Notes: generated by a model from the letters alone, not told the origin. A stretch of DNA of 64,000 bases from Octopus sinensis (GCF_006345805.1 NC_043015.1:22382001-22446000); one strand, 5' to 3'. Positions 27,700 through 40,413 are shown, numbered from the stretch's first letter. Numbers and translations are program-made.

Positions 27700-28479
27700 G
27701 AATGTTCTCTTGAGGAACTTCTTGCTAAGTTTCATGCATTAATATCAAAATATCTGGCTTTAAATATGCTTTCGTGTTCTTTTTTGAAGTGTCCTGTTCA
27801 TTATGCCCCAGAGACGTTCAATAAGGCTCATATCTGGCGACTGGCTTTTCCATGGTAGCTTTTTTATACCATTCTCATCGAACAAGTCTTGGGTCATTTT
27901 AACCGTGGGACAACTAGCTTCATCTTCCATAAATAATGTATTCTTTAATCATTTCACCACTGGAGAAGATTAGACGGAGTCCTTTCTGCAATATGGACAT
28001 ATATTTATCTGATTTTATGTTTCGCCCACGCTCTTCCAGCACTGATCAACCATTGCTCCAAATTGCTCCCCAGACCATTACAGAATAGCTGTCATGCTCC
28101 ATTGTTGGCTGCAAATTTTCCACATCAAATTCTTGATCGCAGAGTTTCGGGACCCACACTCTACCACTGTCAGAAAATACCGCAAATCAGTACTCATTGG
28201 ATAATATGACAGTGTCCCAAAATGATAGCGGCCTCTTCACCATCGCACTGGTTCAATATTTTCTCCGCTTGATATTGGTTGGTCAGAGAAATGACTTCCT
28301 TATTGCTGCTCTGCCATAGTAAACAAATTTGTGGAGATATCTGACAGGTGTTCTGAGACTGACATAAACGTGTTCCGCTATGTCACAGGCCCTGCTGCTG
28401 GGATTATCCTCAACACTTCTCTTAACAAAGAGAACGATGTTGTCAGAGAACCCTGGTCAATCTGAGCGAGGTGATGGGG

Positions 28480-28480
<1 letters not shown>
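27700..28480 (-). pseudogene. Tc1-like (DD34E) transposase pseudogene
   Basis: Minus-strand peptides FWDTVILSNE, SDSGRVWV, SVMVWGAIW, FMEDEASC, LPWKSQSPDMSLIERLWG match the Tc1 motifs W..VIFSDES, VMVWG, FQQDNA, WPSQSPDLNPIENLW. Confidence 0.85.
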
Positions 28481-28548
<68 letters not shown>

Positions 28549-28556
28549 AGAGAGAA

Positions 28557-28918
28557 ACTCGATTTCGTCGGTCACGAATGACCGTAGGTGCATCTAAGAG
28601 GATCCTTTCTGCGGTAGTACAAGTCTGGGCGGAATGTCGCTTCACCAGCGAATGCACTGGGTTGGTTTTATGGAACACCAGCAGTCGCCCATCCATTCCA
28701 GCCACCCCTTTTCCATGTCACTGATGTTAACCAAGGGAAAAATTAAGGCCTATACTGTTTGGCACTAGTGACGTCGCAAGTTATTTCTACAGCTGATTGA
28801 ACTGGAGCAAGGTGAAATAGTGCCGTGCTCAAGAACACAACACGCATCCCAGTTCGTGAATCGAACTCACAACCTCACGATCGTAAGCTTCACGATCCAA
28901 CCACTGAGCCATGCACCT
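28557..28918 (-). mobile_element. tRNA-derived SINE (family C)
   Basis: Minus strand GGTGCATGGCTCAGTGGTT (A box)...GTGAGTTCGATTC (B box)...TTGTGTTCTTGAGCACGGCAC; lies between microsatellites. Confidence 0.8.
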
Positions 28919-30081
28919 TTATATATATATATATATATATAGTTATTATTATTAGTATTATTGCTTTTGGTATTGTAGCTCTAAATATGATGCACCGTGA
29001 ATAACCTTACATATATACAAGCATATTACAGTTGATCACGCACATGCAATCATATATGCGCATCTGTGTTTGTGTGTATACGTGTTTGTGTATTCAGTAT
29101 ATACTAACACATATTTATTACATATGTTTGAATATTAATATAAACAGTGTGAGGTTGTGGAAGGAAATTATGGAGTAATCTCTAGATTCAATATGAAATA
29201 ATGAAGTACGCCAGCGGGAAAATGTTAAGTCAATGCGATAACAGAAATTAATAAGACATATGATGAATATTAACTCACCTGCTCAGATTTAATAATCTCT
29301 CTTTATTTCAGTATGTCAATATGAAATTGACTTTAATTTAATATAGAAATAATACTATTAGTATTGTAAATTTATTCTAATCATTGTAATGGTTTTAATC
29401 AGAGATATATTCTGAAGTTAATAACATCCAGCTTCTTTTAGTCCATTATTGATATGTTAAATTTTTACTTCATTTTACTTAATATTAAAATAATGTAGTT
29501 AATATTTTGAATCTAGTTAATATGAAATTAATTTAACCATTTTTAAATAGTGTCTGTATAAAAGGATTCTCCTTATGTAGGCAAATAGAACTACTTATGA
29601 TAGAATCCTCATAATTCCCCAATGCTCAATTAGATACCTGTTCGCGGTTTATGCTTTTATGCAAGGGATTTCATTTTTCCCCCAATTTCTTATGATTTCA
29701 ATATACTGTAGCTGTGCTTACTATTCAAGGGCGGATGAGAGTATAAATCAAAAATCCCCTCGGTACTTTTATGAAGAGTTGCGAAACTGTGTGATTCTAT
29801 AGTTCAGAGATATGGCGCCTGACGCAAAATCACAAATTTGTGGAAGATGGTGATGATTTTGATGATGTGGAGGAAGAAGGATACCTTACTTTTTAATCGA
29901 AATGGCGTGTTTATATGTGTGCGTATGTGGCTGTGTGTGAATGTGTGTGAGCGTGCGAGGGTGTGATTGCTAAATAGATAGAATGGATGTTTGACAGAAA
30001 ATTAGATAATTATTTGTATCAAAATCACAGATGTGATTGTAGACATATTTATTGTGTGTGCGATTGAGTGAAAAATAATCT

Positions 30082-30245
30082 TTTCTATTCTAGGCACAAG
30101 GCAAATAGTACTTAATTTATCTACCTCGAAAGGATAAAAGGCAAAGTCGACCTCGGTGGAATTTGAACTCAGAACGTAAAGACAGACGATATATGGCGAA
30201 GCGTTTCGCCCGGTGTGTTAACATTTCTGCCAGCCCGTTGCCTTA
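30082..30245 (-). mobile_element. tRNA-derived SINE family B
   Basis: Minus strand GGCAACGGGCTGGCAGAAATGTTAAC...TTCTGAGTTCAAATTCCACCGAGGTCGACTTTGCCTTTTATCCTTTCGAGG...TAAATTAAGTAC. Confidence 0.8.
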
Positions 30246-30643
30246 GAGTGAAAACAATATCAAAGCATTGTTTATATATAAACAGTTTCTATGAATAGAA
30301 TTAACGTCAAACGCTTGATTTCAGTGTAGCAATGGAGAGGACAAGTAATCTTCTGATAGATGAGGCATAAATCATTCAGTTCGCAGTTTCGTAACAACAC
30401 AGGTAGAAATAATTTCATCCGGGATATAACTGTTACTGTTTTTTGAAAATCTGATGATGCGTCTGGGAAGATAACAGTGTAACATAAAGTGCAAAGGAGC
30501 CTATGCGAAATTATGGAAAGAAAACATTAAAAACAAAGAAGATGAAAGACAATCATTGTTCGGTATTTAAGAGATGATGAATTATGTACATTATTTACAT
30601 TATTTACATTTGACGGATATTCGTCCTCATCGTGTTTGTTGGT

Positions 30644-30689
30644 AACACAATGTTTCGACTGATATACGCTCCAGCCTTCATCAGGTGTC
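30644..30689 (-). ncRNA. Minimal type I hammerhead ribozyme-like motif
   Basis: GACAC-CTGATGA-A-GGCTGG agcgtata TCAGTC-GAAA-CA-TT-GTGTT. Confidence 0.75.
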
Positions 30690-30778
30690 TTGGGGAAATT
30701 TCGAACTTGTGTTCTCATTCCTAAGGTATTTCTCACTGTTATTGTTGCTGTTGTTATTATTATTATTATTATTATTCA

Positions 30779-30851
30779 GGTCGCTCCCTGGAATTGGACA
30801 CGGAATCTTGGGGTTAGTAGCCCGTGCTCTTAAACATTACGCCATATGCCC
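30779..30851 (-). promoter_or_regulatory. tRNA-like head with degenerate Pol III A and B boxes
   Basis: GGGCATATGGCGTAATGTTTAAGAGCACGGGCTACTAACCCCAAGATTCCGTGTCCAATTCCAGG; anticodon-arm-like GGG-CTACTAA-CCC; not a functional tRNA. Confidence 0.6.
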
Positions 30852-30899
30852 GTGGGCATATACACTAGAAATGAGAACCTATGTTCAAAATTTCCGCAA

Positions 30900-30945
30900 G
30901 ACACCTGATGAAGGCTGGATGGTATATCAGCCGGAACGTTGTGTT
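30900..30945 (+). ncRNA. Minimal hammerhead-like motif (GAAA changed to GGAA)
   Basis: GACAC-CTGATGA-A-GGCTGG atggtata TCAGCC-GGAA-CG-TT-GTGTT. Confidence 0.7.
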
Positions 30946-31359
30946 AACAACAGATAAGATGAAGCAAAATATCTGTCAAATGTAAATGATATAAATAATG
31001 TAAAGAGCATCATATTTCTTATGTAATACGTTATAAAAAGATGTCTCTTATATATTTGTAAGTGTGTGAGTGTGTGTGTGTGTTTGTGTTTCTGAGTGTA
31101 TGCATGCACATACACGCACACACACAAACACACACACACAATTCACAGATGAACTCTCGGTACATCTGTCTCTCCACATAAGTATGATAAATGATTCTCT
31201 TTAATCTCCTTTCCTCTGACAAACATATTTTTAAATAGAATAGGCAGCAAAGGTGCCTGTGGCCTCGGGTCGTCTTCAAAACCGAGCCTCATACTCAATG
31301 AATCTCCGACTGACGAGCTTTCATGCTCACTTTCGGTGGATACCCGTTTACTTATTTCC

Positions 31360-32600
31360 ATGTCAACTGGGAATGGGGGTTGGTTAGAAACGGGCGTAGA
31401 CCCGGAGAGGTTTGAATCTCAAGATAAGGACTATCTTCCTGGGTCCAGAAGGTACATTCCTGGATATAAGCAGTAGTGCTGGAGTTGATTTCCGACTGGT
31501 GCCTGTTTATGCTTCGATAGGCGCAGGACACTAGATTTTTTCAAACGTCTCGAGGTTTTCCTTGGAATATCTCGACCATTGATGCCATCGTTGATGCACG
31601 TTTGGATTGTGTGGACTAAATGTTGGAAGAGGCTGTGAAAAAAACTCGCAAACCTGCTCAGACATATTCAACTGCCTGACAAGTACCGACTTTATTTCTC
31701 GAATGTGCAAGTGAGAACAAGGAGGAACCGTATCGGGTCAACGAGCTCATACCTAGATAGCGTATTCTGTAGGCCGGCAAATGAAGATAGCATAAGTTGA
31801 CCATTTTTTGAATCGTCGGCTACACAAACCACAAATTTGTGGTCTGCACAGCCGACTTAGATTCTTTGGTGTGTTTCTGGTTACTGGAAGCTCAAAGCGT
31901 TACTCTAAGTTTACACACACTGGATTACCGAATTAGTCAAGTGCGCTTTGACAGGACTAGTCATCAATAAGAGATAGTAGGCAATTAATGTAGAATTGAT
32001 TAGGGTTAGTAAAGCATTAATTTTAGAAAGGAATATCATAGGATAGAGTGAAACACATATCGAAACTTGGATGAGGTGGTTAGGAGAGAGATTACAACCG
32101 ATGATCTGGAGGCGAAATCAGCTCTGGACTAATTCTTCAACGCTAACATCGATGTATCAGATGTACAATGTAGTAACAAATGCATACTCAGTTCTCTAGT
32201 GGACCAAGATGGGTGCGCAGTACTCGAGCCCGAGTAAATGTGTGTGGCATTTCAAAATCATTTCTCTCAAGACTTGGAATCAAATGGTAGTCCAAATTTC
32301 AGGATAGACTTCGTTGCAATGACGGCTGACTAGGGGGAACTTGACCTGATTTGGGTGACCGGCCCTGCATTGTATACTTTTATATGACAGACTTGTTTAG
32401 CGCCTCTTAGCATCTATCTACAGCAACAGGCAGTTGAACGGGAGAATTCTTAATTCTGTGCATCGTGGAGCTGTGGCACTGCTATTAAATTGCACAAAGA
32501 GGAGGGGATCAATAGAACATTTTAGGCACATAACGCTGCTGAACAAAGATTAAAAATGTTTTCGCCAAGGTGCTAACAAAGAGGTGTTGGCAGAAACATA
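31360..32600 (+). mobile_element. Highly degraded Tx1/L1-like LINE ORF2 (APE domain and RT N-terminus)
   Basis: Peptides SYLDSVFCR, GYTNHKFVVC, GYWKLK; 32380-32590 is homologous to 59700-59895. Confidence 0.65.
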
Positions 32601-33379
32601 CAAATACCGAAATATAAACACAAAGCGGCCGGAGACGGCGAGTCAGGCAGATGTCAAAGATGCACTGAAAGAGATAATGCCCAGCATTCGGTAGATCTCT
32701 AGAACCAAGCATTTTATTGAAATTTAAGTGCTCCTCAAGCAGCGTGTGCTGTATTCATCGTTTATAAATGATGATAAAGATCTCAGGAATTTCATCTGAA
32801 GTAAATTGATGGCGTTTTCGAAGGAAGTAACGACCACCTGGATCTGAAGCAAACCCATTGTGAACATTGGACTGGGATCAGCATCAAGGAGCTTCCCCAC
32901 ATTAAACCAAGCATGATCCACAAGATCCCAGACCTAATTTATCTTTCGGAAGGGGCAGGGTTACATGTTAGAGTTGAGGTTCGAAATCCCTAGTGCAACT
33001 TTTTTGGTGAGACTGGCCATATGAGAGATTTCTGTTCCCAACTGAAGAGAGATAAAACGCTCTTCCTGCAAACAAAAAGTCGCCAAAACCTCAACAAGTA
33101 AAGCAGCAACGATCAACAACAAAAGTGCACCAAACCCAGAGATAACGGCATCATCAACAGGAGCAGCGAAATTAGCAAATGGCGGAAGAACACCAACATC
33201 AGCAACAGCACCAACAGCAACAATGGCAACAACAACAGCTTCAACAACGCTGACAACACCAACAACACCAGCCTGAGATTAAACACACCATCTTCAGAAG
33301 CAGAAAGAATGATCATAACGGACACACACAACACTCAGGGCCTCTCCCAACAGCCACAGACGCACCTGCCCCAACACTT

Positions 33380-33870
33380 GTGCTAAATAAATATTCGTGA
33401 GTTCAGGTCACTCTGGAGGCAAGGTCGCCTGCTCAACGACCGGCAGCAGGCAGCGAAACCCGGACTTCCTACACTCACGGTTTTAGCCCTATTTTCGACG
33501 ATTTTGAGATCTAAGCATATTTAAGCTGTTCTGGAATTAGAAGCAGTATGGCATTGCTGTTTAGAAAAAGCCTTGGATCATGAATTACAGACGATCTTCT
33601 TGGACCCAGATGGTAAGTTGTTGGCCCTGGAGTGACCAATAGCGGAGGTGGTGCTTTTAAACTAGCTGCTATGTACACCTCAACTGTCTTTACCAGCATA
33701 TCAATATTTCAGAGGCTGGGTTAATAAGTTAGTCCATCGGAATTTGCCAGGTGCAATCGTCAGCTTCTCGTGGTGGAGATCACTGAGAAGAGGGAAAAAA
33801 AGAGAATTTTAGGACAGTACCTCTGCAAAACGCGGATTACAAGATTTTGGCCAAGGTGTTAGTCAAGAGG
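33380..33870 (+). mobile_element. Degraded Tx1-like LINE fragments
   Basis: DPDGKLLALE-like APE segment; GATTACAAGATTTTGGCCAAGGTGTTAGTCAAGAGG matches 59856-59890. Confidence 0.55.
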
Positions 33871-34153
33871 GTAAGTGTGGAGGAGTATTACGTTGTTCAA
33901 TAGCAAGACCGATTTAAATTTCTTCCAAGCTTCTCACTATTTCAAATTTTCATTTGAATTTTTTTTGCTTCAGAAAAATGCAGTTTTGCAAGCTGATGAC
34001 AAAAATAGCATTCATTTTTTTCTAGAAATTAATTACAAAGAAGTGTAGAATTATTAGAAAAAATCTGATGAAAATTCAAGTGCTTGCATTAAATTTAACA
34101 GCATCCAAATTACGTTATGTGCATCTTTATAGTTATATTTGTGTGCATGGTTT

Positions 34154-34202
<49 letters not shown>

Positions 34203-34373
34203 CTATCTATAACTGTGTCTGTGAGAGCCATTGTGTGTTTAGGTTTGACAGGTTTGTGGTGGATTGGAAGGAAAATCTCTAAATATCTTTCTAGAAACTA
34301 CATTTGAAAGAATTATGAAGAACGCAGTCAGTGCGTCTGCGGAAATGACAATGTGACTATCTCCGTGTATAAT

Positions 34374-34414
<41 letters not shown>

Positions 34415-35001
34415 TGTGTGTGTGCGTGCGCGCGCGCGTGTGTTTGTGTGTGTGAGAGTGTGTGTGCTTTCGCGCTGTTAAGTATTCTGGACTAAGAATT
34501 CTGGGGAAAATGGAATTTCAATGTATAAAAGGAATCATATAGAATATATATTTGGCAGTGAGGTCAAAAGTTGTCCGCTAGCTATAGAACATAGGGTTAC
34601 GATCAGTGGGATGTCTATATATTTTTTGGTGATGTTGTGTAGTGGTGCGTATATGTGTGAGTGTGTGTATATGTAAAATAGTAGTACTATCATTAGAATA
34701 TAAGTCTGATATTGTGAAATGTGAGCGTTTTTTTTGATAAATAGAATCCATACACGAACCTCCACCTATCAAAGGTTCAACGATCTCGTATCCTAAGCAC
34801 TGAATTACTATCACTCCTCAACACACAGACCTTCACAAAAATTCACTTGCACCCCACAGTTTCTAAATCTTAGTTTTGCAACTGTCATCGTTTGGCCTGA
34901 TAGACAAATATATATGGTGCACCGTTATTCTTTTATCTATTCAAAAAAGGTATATTTTTTGTTTTTTCCCAATGTCTTAACTCTAACTACAGGCACACAC
35001 T

Positions 35002-35034
<33 letters not shown>

Positions 35035-35234
35035 ACACACACACACACACATCATATTCATTTTCGCTATGCTCGCGTGCAAATACATGTAAACGTACAC
35101 TCACACACATTCACATATTCAAAAATATTCTGACAGCGTTCTGAATTAAGTGAGGTCTGAAAATAACGTTGAAGGGTATATCAACTTTTATTAACATAGG
35201 ATATTCAAGCTGCACAAATTGGTGCAGTAACTCT

Positions 35235-35400
35235 TCCTGTATACAAAAGTACTGCTCAACATAGTCTCCATCGCGAGCGATGCATTTGCGTCATCGATAG
35301 ACGCAACTAACGAATCGTCTCTAAAAATTTTACGCATGCGCACTTATGCCTCCATTTTCACGACTGTGTTGACCTTGTCTTCGTTACCACATCATTGCTG
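35235..35400 (-). pseudogene. mariner transposase C-terminal relic
   Basis: Minus strand RKCIARDGDYVE matches the mariner terminal motif RWxKCIxxxGDYVE. Confidence 0.6.
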
Positions 35401-35686
35401 TCCAAAACTGTTTCCAGCATCTTTGAACGGATAGCCAATGCGCGAACAAAATAGAAAACATTGTATCAAAATAGTATTATAAAATTGTAGCAGCCACAAT
35501 TAACAAGGTGCAAAGCAAAGAAGAAAAGCGGCTGCAGTTATACCACTAGAACTGACCTGTTATCCTCATACTAGCAACATACCTAGCCTTTTTTTCCAAA
35601 TCGTTGGCGGGACAAGCATTCGGCACAAGCATTCAACTGACAAAGAAAGAGTAGGTTGTCGGAGTCTCATACGTCGAAATCGAGTG

Positions 35687-35730
<44 letters not shown>

Positions 35731-35775
35731 CTTGCATTTTGCTAGCAAGATTCTATACGTGAATTCGTGTGTTGA

Positions 35776-36420
35776 AGTATATTTCATTGTGTCTGGGGAG
35801 AGTATTTCTCTGTTAGGGCGTTATTAATTTAACACAGTCACCGATTTCCACTCATTTACTTATTTATTTTTATTAAGATTTTCGTTGTAACTTGCAAATT
35901 TTCAATAGTCGTTGACTGTGTCCGCTTTCAGAATAGTGTTTCTTTGTACGCATGCGTGTCCGTCAGTGTGCCTGCGCAAACACATATGTATGTGTAAATA
36001 TGTGTGTTTGTGTACATATACATATGTATACAAGTGTGCACGTTTGTATGTATGTATGTACTCTGCATGTTTGTGTGTATGCAGGTAGGTGTGTATATGC
36101 ATACAAGCGTGCACACATGCATACATATGTATATGCATACTCACACATACATATATACTTGCATACACACATACAGCATATATACATAAATGCATACATA
36201 CTTGCATAGATACATATGTCTATGCACCAGTACCGTGACGCACAGGCATGCGTACAAACAAAGAACGTAATTCCGATGACGAACAGAGTCAAGAGATATT
36301 GAAAATGTTGCAAGTAGCAACGAAAATTTCAGTAAAAATTAATGACTGAAAATCGGTGAATCTGTTACATTAATAAGGCACTAAAAGAAAATAACGCTCC
36401 CCAAATAGAATAATATATAC
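35776..36420. repeat. Diverged inverted repeat (35776-35922 and 36278-36420) carrying hammerhead-like variant motifs
   Basis: TGGGGAGAG...CACCGATTTCCACTCATT...TTTTCGTTGTAACTTGCAAATTTTCAATA versus the reverse complement of the right arm. Confidence 0.75.
36293..36334 (+). ncRNA. Candidate hammerhead with U3-A8 core variant
   Basis: TTGAAAA-T-GTTGC aagta GCAAC-GAAA-ATT-T; perfect stem II and palindromic AATT stem III, but stem I is weak; TTGAAAA...GAAA is also present in the inverted copy (35871-35910). Confidence 0.4.
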
Positions 36421-36563
36421 ATATACATATATATGTATATGATAAATATATGTGTATGAGTATAGGTATATGTATATATACAGAGAACGTAAAGATCCGG
36501 AAGCAAAGACTGCGGGTCCCCATCCCCTCCACTAACGGTTCTGCCAGCTAGAAGAATAACGAC

Positions 36564-36596
<33 letters not shown>

Positions 36597-36789
36597 ATAT
36601 ATATATATCTTTGTCTGCTATGCTGACCACTGTCTCGCCCTACCTCACACGCCTACACACAGACGCACACACTAACACATACATATATTTTTTGTTTTTT
36701 TATCTCGCCTCACACACACACATACACACACGCACACGCACACACTCACAAATACACACACATCTGTTGCGTTACCAACCTTGTCTCCA

Positions 36790-37048
36790 CTCTTTTGCCT
36801 TTAAGAACCTACTTTGCTCTTGTTATCGTAAACATCCGCCTTTCACCATGTGTAACTCGTAAACACCAGTCGTTTTTTTCTCTATCCCTGTTGCCCCCTC
36901 TGGGATCTTTCTTTCCTCTCTCTTCCTTCTTTATGTTTCCGAACATCATACCTCCCTGCTTCCATTTCCTGAGCGCCTATTAATAATAATACTGTAATTG
37001 TTCCATTGTTGTTGTTTTTTTGTTTCCCGTTTGGATTAAAATTATATA

Positions 37049-37083
<35 letters not shown>

Positions 37084-37400
37084 ATATAGTTAATCCAAAC
37101 AAGAAAACACAGAAAAAAAAGAGAAAAAAAAACACAGCAACGCAGGACGTGGAACAATTAAAGTATTATTGACGCTCATGAAAGAAGGGAAGGAGGGTTT
37201 AACGTTTCGAGCGGAGCTCTTCGTCGGAAACAAGGAGAAGGAAAGATCCCAAGGAGGGAAGACAGAGGAGACAATATTTGAGCTGGTGGTGCTTAAGAGA
37301 TCACATGTTGAAAAGAACAGAATTTGGAGGTAGTTGAAAACTGGTTTTATAATGCAAGAGAGTTCCAAAAAAGGGAATGCCTATGTGTGTGTGTGTGTGT
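36790..37400. mobile_element. Tail-to-tail inverted pair of a Penelope pLTR-like repeat around (TA)n
   Basis: TGGGATCTTT...GTTTCCGA...GAGCG...AATAATACTGTAATTGTTCCA...GTTTGGATTAA (left) versus the reverse complement of 37088-37270; a third copy is at 42262-42388. Confidence 0.75.
37197..37231 (-). ncRNA. Minimal hammerhead-like motif with U4C core (CCGACGA)
   Basis: GTTT-CCGACGA-A-GAGC tcc GCTC-GAAA-CG-TT-AAAC. Confidence 0.7.
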
Positions 37401-37559
37401 GCAAGATGACAAGTGTGTTTGTGCGTGCGTGTGTGTGTGTGTGTGTATTTTTTTGATGAATGAAGGTAACGACAAAGCCAGCTGTGGTGATGACTGCTAG
37501 CTGTTTGTGTCAAGCTAGGTCAAAGCCAGGTCAAAAAACAAAGGGCTATATGTATCATA

Positions 37560-39920
37560 GTGTATGTGTTGTTTGTAGTGTGTGTGTGTGTGTGTGCATG
37601 TGTGTGTTCGTGTGTGTATGCGTAGAGTGTGGGTGTGTGGCGTAACCTAGTACGACTGTGCTTGTACGTGCGTGTGTGTGTGTAGGGATGTATATGTGGG
37701 TTTATTTGTGTGAGAGTGTATGTATGTACGTGTATGTATGTGTTTGTGTGTATGTGTGCGTGCGCGGATAGGTGTATATTGTGTATGTATATCTGTCGGT
37801 ATGTATGTGAGTTTGTGTGTGTTTGTACGCGTTTATGTGTGTGTGAGTGTATAGTATATATATATGTACATGTGTGTGTGTGTGTGTACGTGCGTGCGAG
37901 TGAATGTATGTATATGTGTGCGTGTGTACAATGTAGGGGCTTATATGTGTGTTTATATGTGTGTGTGTGTATGTATGTGTGTATGTGTGTATGTGTATGT
38001 ATGTATATGTATGCGTGTGTGTATGTATGTATGTGTGTATGTGTGTGTATGTGTGTATGCATGCGTGTGTGTATGTATGTATGTGTGTGTGTATGTGTGT
38101 ATGTATGTATGTATGTATGTGTGTATGTATGTGTGTGTATGTATGTATGTACGTACGTATGTATGTATGTGTGTGTATATGTATGTATGTACCTATGTGT
38201 GTATGTATGTATTTTTTCATGCGTGTATGTGTGTATGTGCGTGTGTGTACATATGTATGTTTATGTATGCGTATGTATGTATGTATTTATGTATGTAGAG
38301 TATGTATGTGTGTGTGTATGTATGTATGTGTGCATGCGTGTATGTGTGCATGTGTGTGTATGTAAGTATGTATATATATGTATGTGTATGTGTGTATGTA
38401 TATGTGTGTGTGTATGTGCGTATGTATGTGTGTGTATGTGTGTGTATGTATGTATGTATGTGTATGTGTGTAAGTTTGTGTGTATGTATGTATGTACGTG
38501 TGTGTGTATGTATGTATGTGTGCGTGCGTGCGTGTATGTGTGTGTGTATGTATGTATGTATATGTATGTTTGTGTATGTATGTATCTATGTATGTATGTG
38601 TGTTTGTATGTGTGTATATATGTATGTATGTGTGTATGTGTGTGTGTATGTGTGTGTGTATGTGTGTAAGTGTGTATGTATGTGTGTATGTAAGTGTGTG
38701 TGTATGTATTTATGGACGGGTGTATGTGTGTAAGTGTGTGTGTGTATGTGTATGTATGTATGTATATGTACGCGTGGGTGTATGTATGTATGTGTGTATA
38801 GTATGTGTATGTATGTATGTGTCCATGCGTGTATATGTGCATGTGTGTGTCTGTATGTATGTATATGTATGTGTGTGTGTATGTATATATGTGTCTATGT
38901 ATGTATGTGTGTATGTATGTGTGTATATGTGTGTGCATGTATGTGTGTGTGTATGTATGTATGTATGTAAGTGTGTGTGTATGTATGTGTATATATGTAT
39001 GTATGTGTGTATGTGCGTGTGTGTACGTATGTGTGTGTATGTATGTGTGTATGCATATATGCATGTGTGTATGTGTGTATGTATGTATGTGTGTATTTGT
39101 GTATGTGTGTGTATGTATGTATATGTATGTGTGTGTATGTGTGTATGTATGTGTTTGTGTGTATGTGTGTGTATGTATGTTTGTGTGTATGTGTGTATCT
39201 GTGTATGTATGTGTGTTGTATGTATGTATGTATGTATGTGTGTGTGTACGTGTGTGTATGTATGCATGTATGTATGTGTGTGTATGTATGTGTGCGTGCG
39301 TGTGTGTGTGGGTATGTGTGTGTGTATGTATGTGTGTATGTATATGTATGTGTGTTTATGTATGTATGTGTATGTATGTGTGTGTGTGAATGTATGTATG
39401 TGTGCATATGTGTATGTATGTGTGTGTATGTACGTGTGTGTATATATGTATGTGTGTGTGTATATATGTATGTATGTATGTATGTACGTATGTATGTATG
39501 TATGTATGTATGAATGTATGTATGTATGCATGTATGAATGTATGTATGTATGTATGTATGTGTGCGTGTGTGTGTATGTATGTATGTATGAATGTATCTA
39601 TGTATGTATTATGTGTGTGTGTGAATCTGTACGTGTGGGGGGTTGGAGTGTGTGGGCGTAAGGTACATGTGCGTGTGTGCACTTACGTGCGTGTATCTGT
39701 GCGTCCCAGCTAGGTGTTTATAGGAGTGTGCGTATCTGTATGAGTATTGTCCCTGGTATGTGTGTGTGTGTGCACGTGGGGGTGTGTGTGTGCACGTGGG
39801 GGTGTGGGGTGTGTATGGGTGTGGAAGTATGTGTGCGTACATGGGCATGTACGTTGTGTGTGTGTGGTGTGTTGGGAGTAGGTGTGTACGTGGGTACGTG
39901 AGTATGTGTGTGTGTGTGAC
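37560..39920. repeat. About 2.4 kb degenerate (TG)n/(TATG)n low-complexity tract
   Basis: Direct reading; source of many spurious V/C/M/Y and H/T/I/Y ORFs. Confidence 0.97.
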
Positions 39921-40008
39921 TGCATAAGGACAATTATATACATTGGTAAAAACAGTAAGATAACAAAAGAAAGAAACAGACCTCAATATTATGTAAATGG
40001 AGCTGGCC

Positions 40009-40071
40009 AGATAACCGAAGAGATGGTGTTGTGGTTTTCCACTTCGGCATCCGATACTCAGAATTTTATCT
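40009..40071 (+). ncRNA. Hammerhead-like motif (U4C core; GAAA changed to GATA)
   Basis: AGATAA-CCGAAGA-GATGG...GCATCC-GATA-CTCAGAA-TT-TTATCT; paralog of 43785. Confidence 0.55.
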
Positions 40072-40090
40072 TGACTATTGTATAATTGTA

Positions 40091-40178
<88 letters not shown>

Positions 40179-40413
40179 ACACATATTAATTCATGACAGT
40201 TTATGCATTTGTGACGTGAACAAACTCGAAATCTAGCTGTCGCTTCTGCATTGGTCCCCAGATGGACGGGGGTACACAATAAACCTACACCTGTATCTAT
40301 GCAGGCATATATATACGTACATTCGCAAAGACACGCACATAGACACAAATACAAACACGCCATAAAAGCACGCACACATAAACATTACAGAAACGTGTAT
40401 ATATATATATATA

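Larger units (their letters stand above)
30555..31005. mobile_element. Head-to-head inverted pair of a tRNA-head plus hammerhead non-autonomous element
   Basis: Arms 30585-30725 and 30865-31003 are diverged reverse complements; palindromic centre TATGCCC-GT-GGGCATA; tRNA-like head at 30779-30851 on the minus strand. Confidence 0.8.

Noticed and set aside
30451-30480. Isolated CTGATGA/CTGACGA hits (also near 4720, 8920, 31310, 33993 and 58876)
   Set aside because: Lack stem II plus GAAA plus UH architecture
37520-39943. Long ORFs (up to 393 aa) rich in V/C/M/Y or H/T/I/Y
   Set aside because: Open frames in stop-free (TG)/(TATG) microsatellite; not genes. The same applies to the IY, HT, LS, poly-I, poly-N and poly-L ORFs elsewhere
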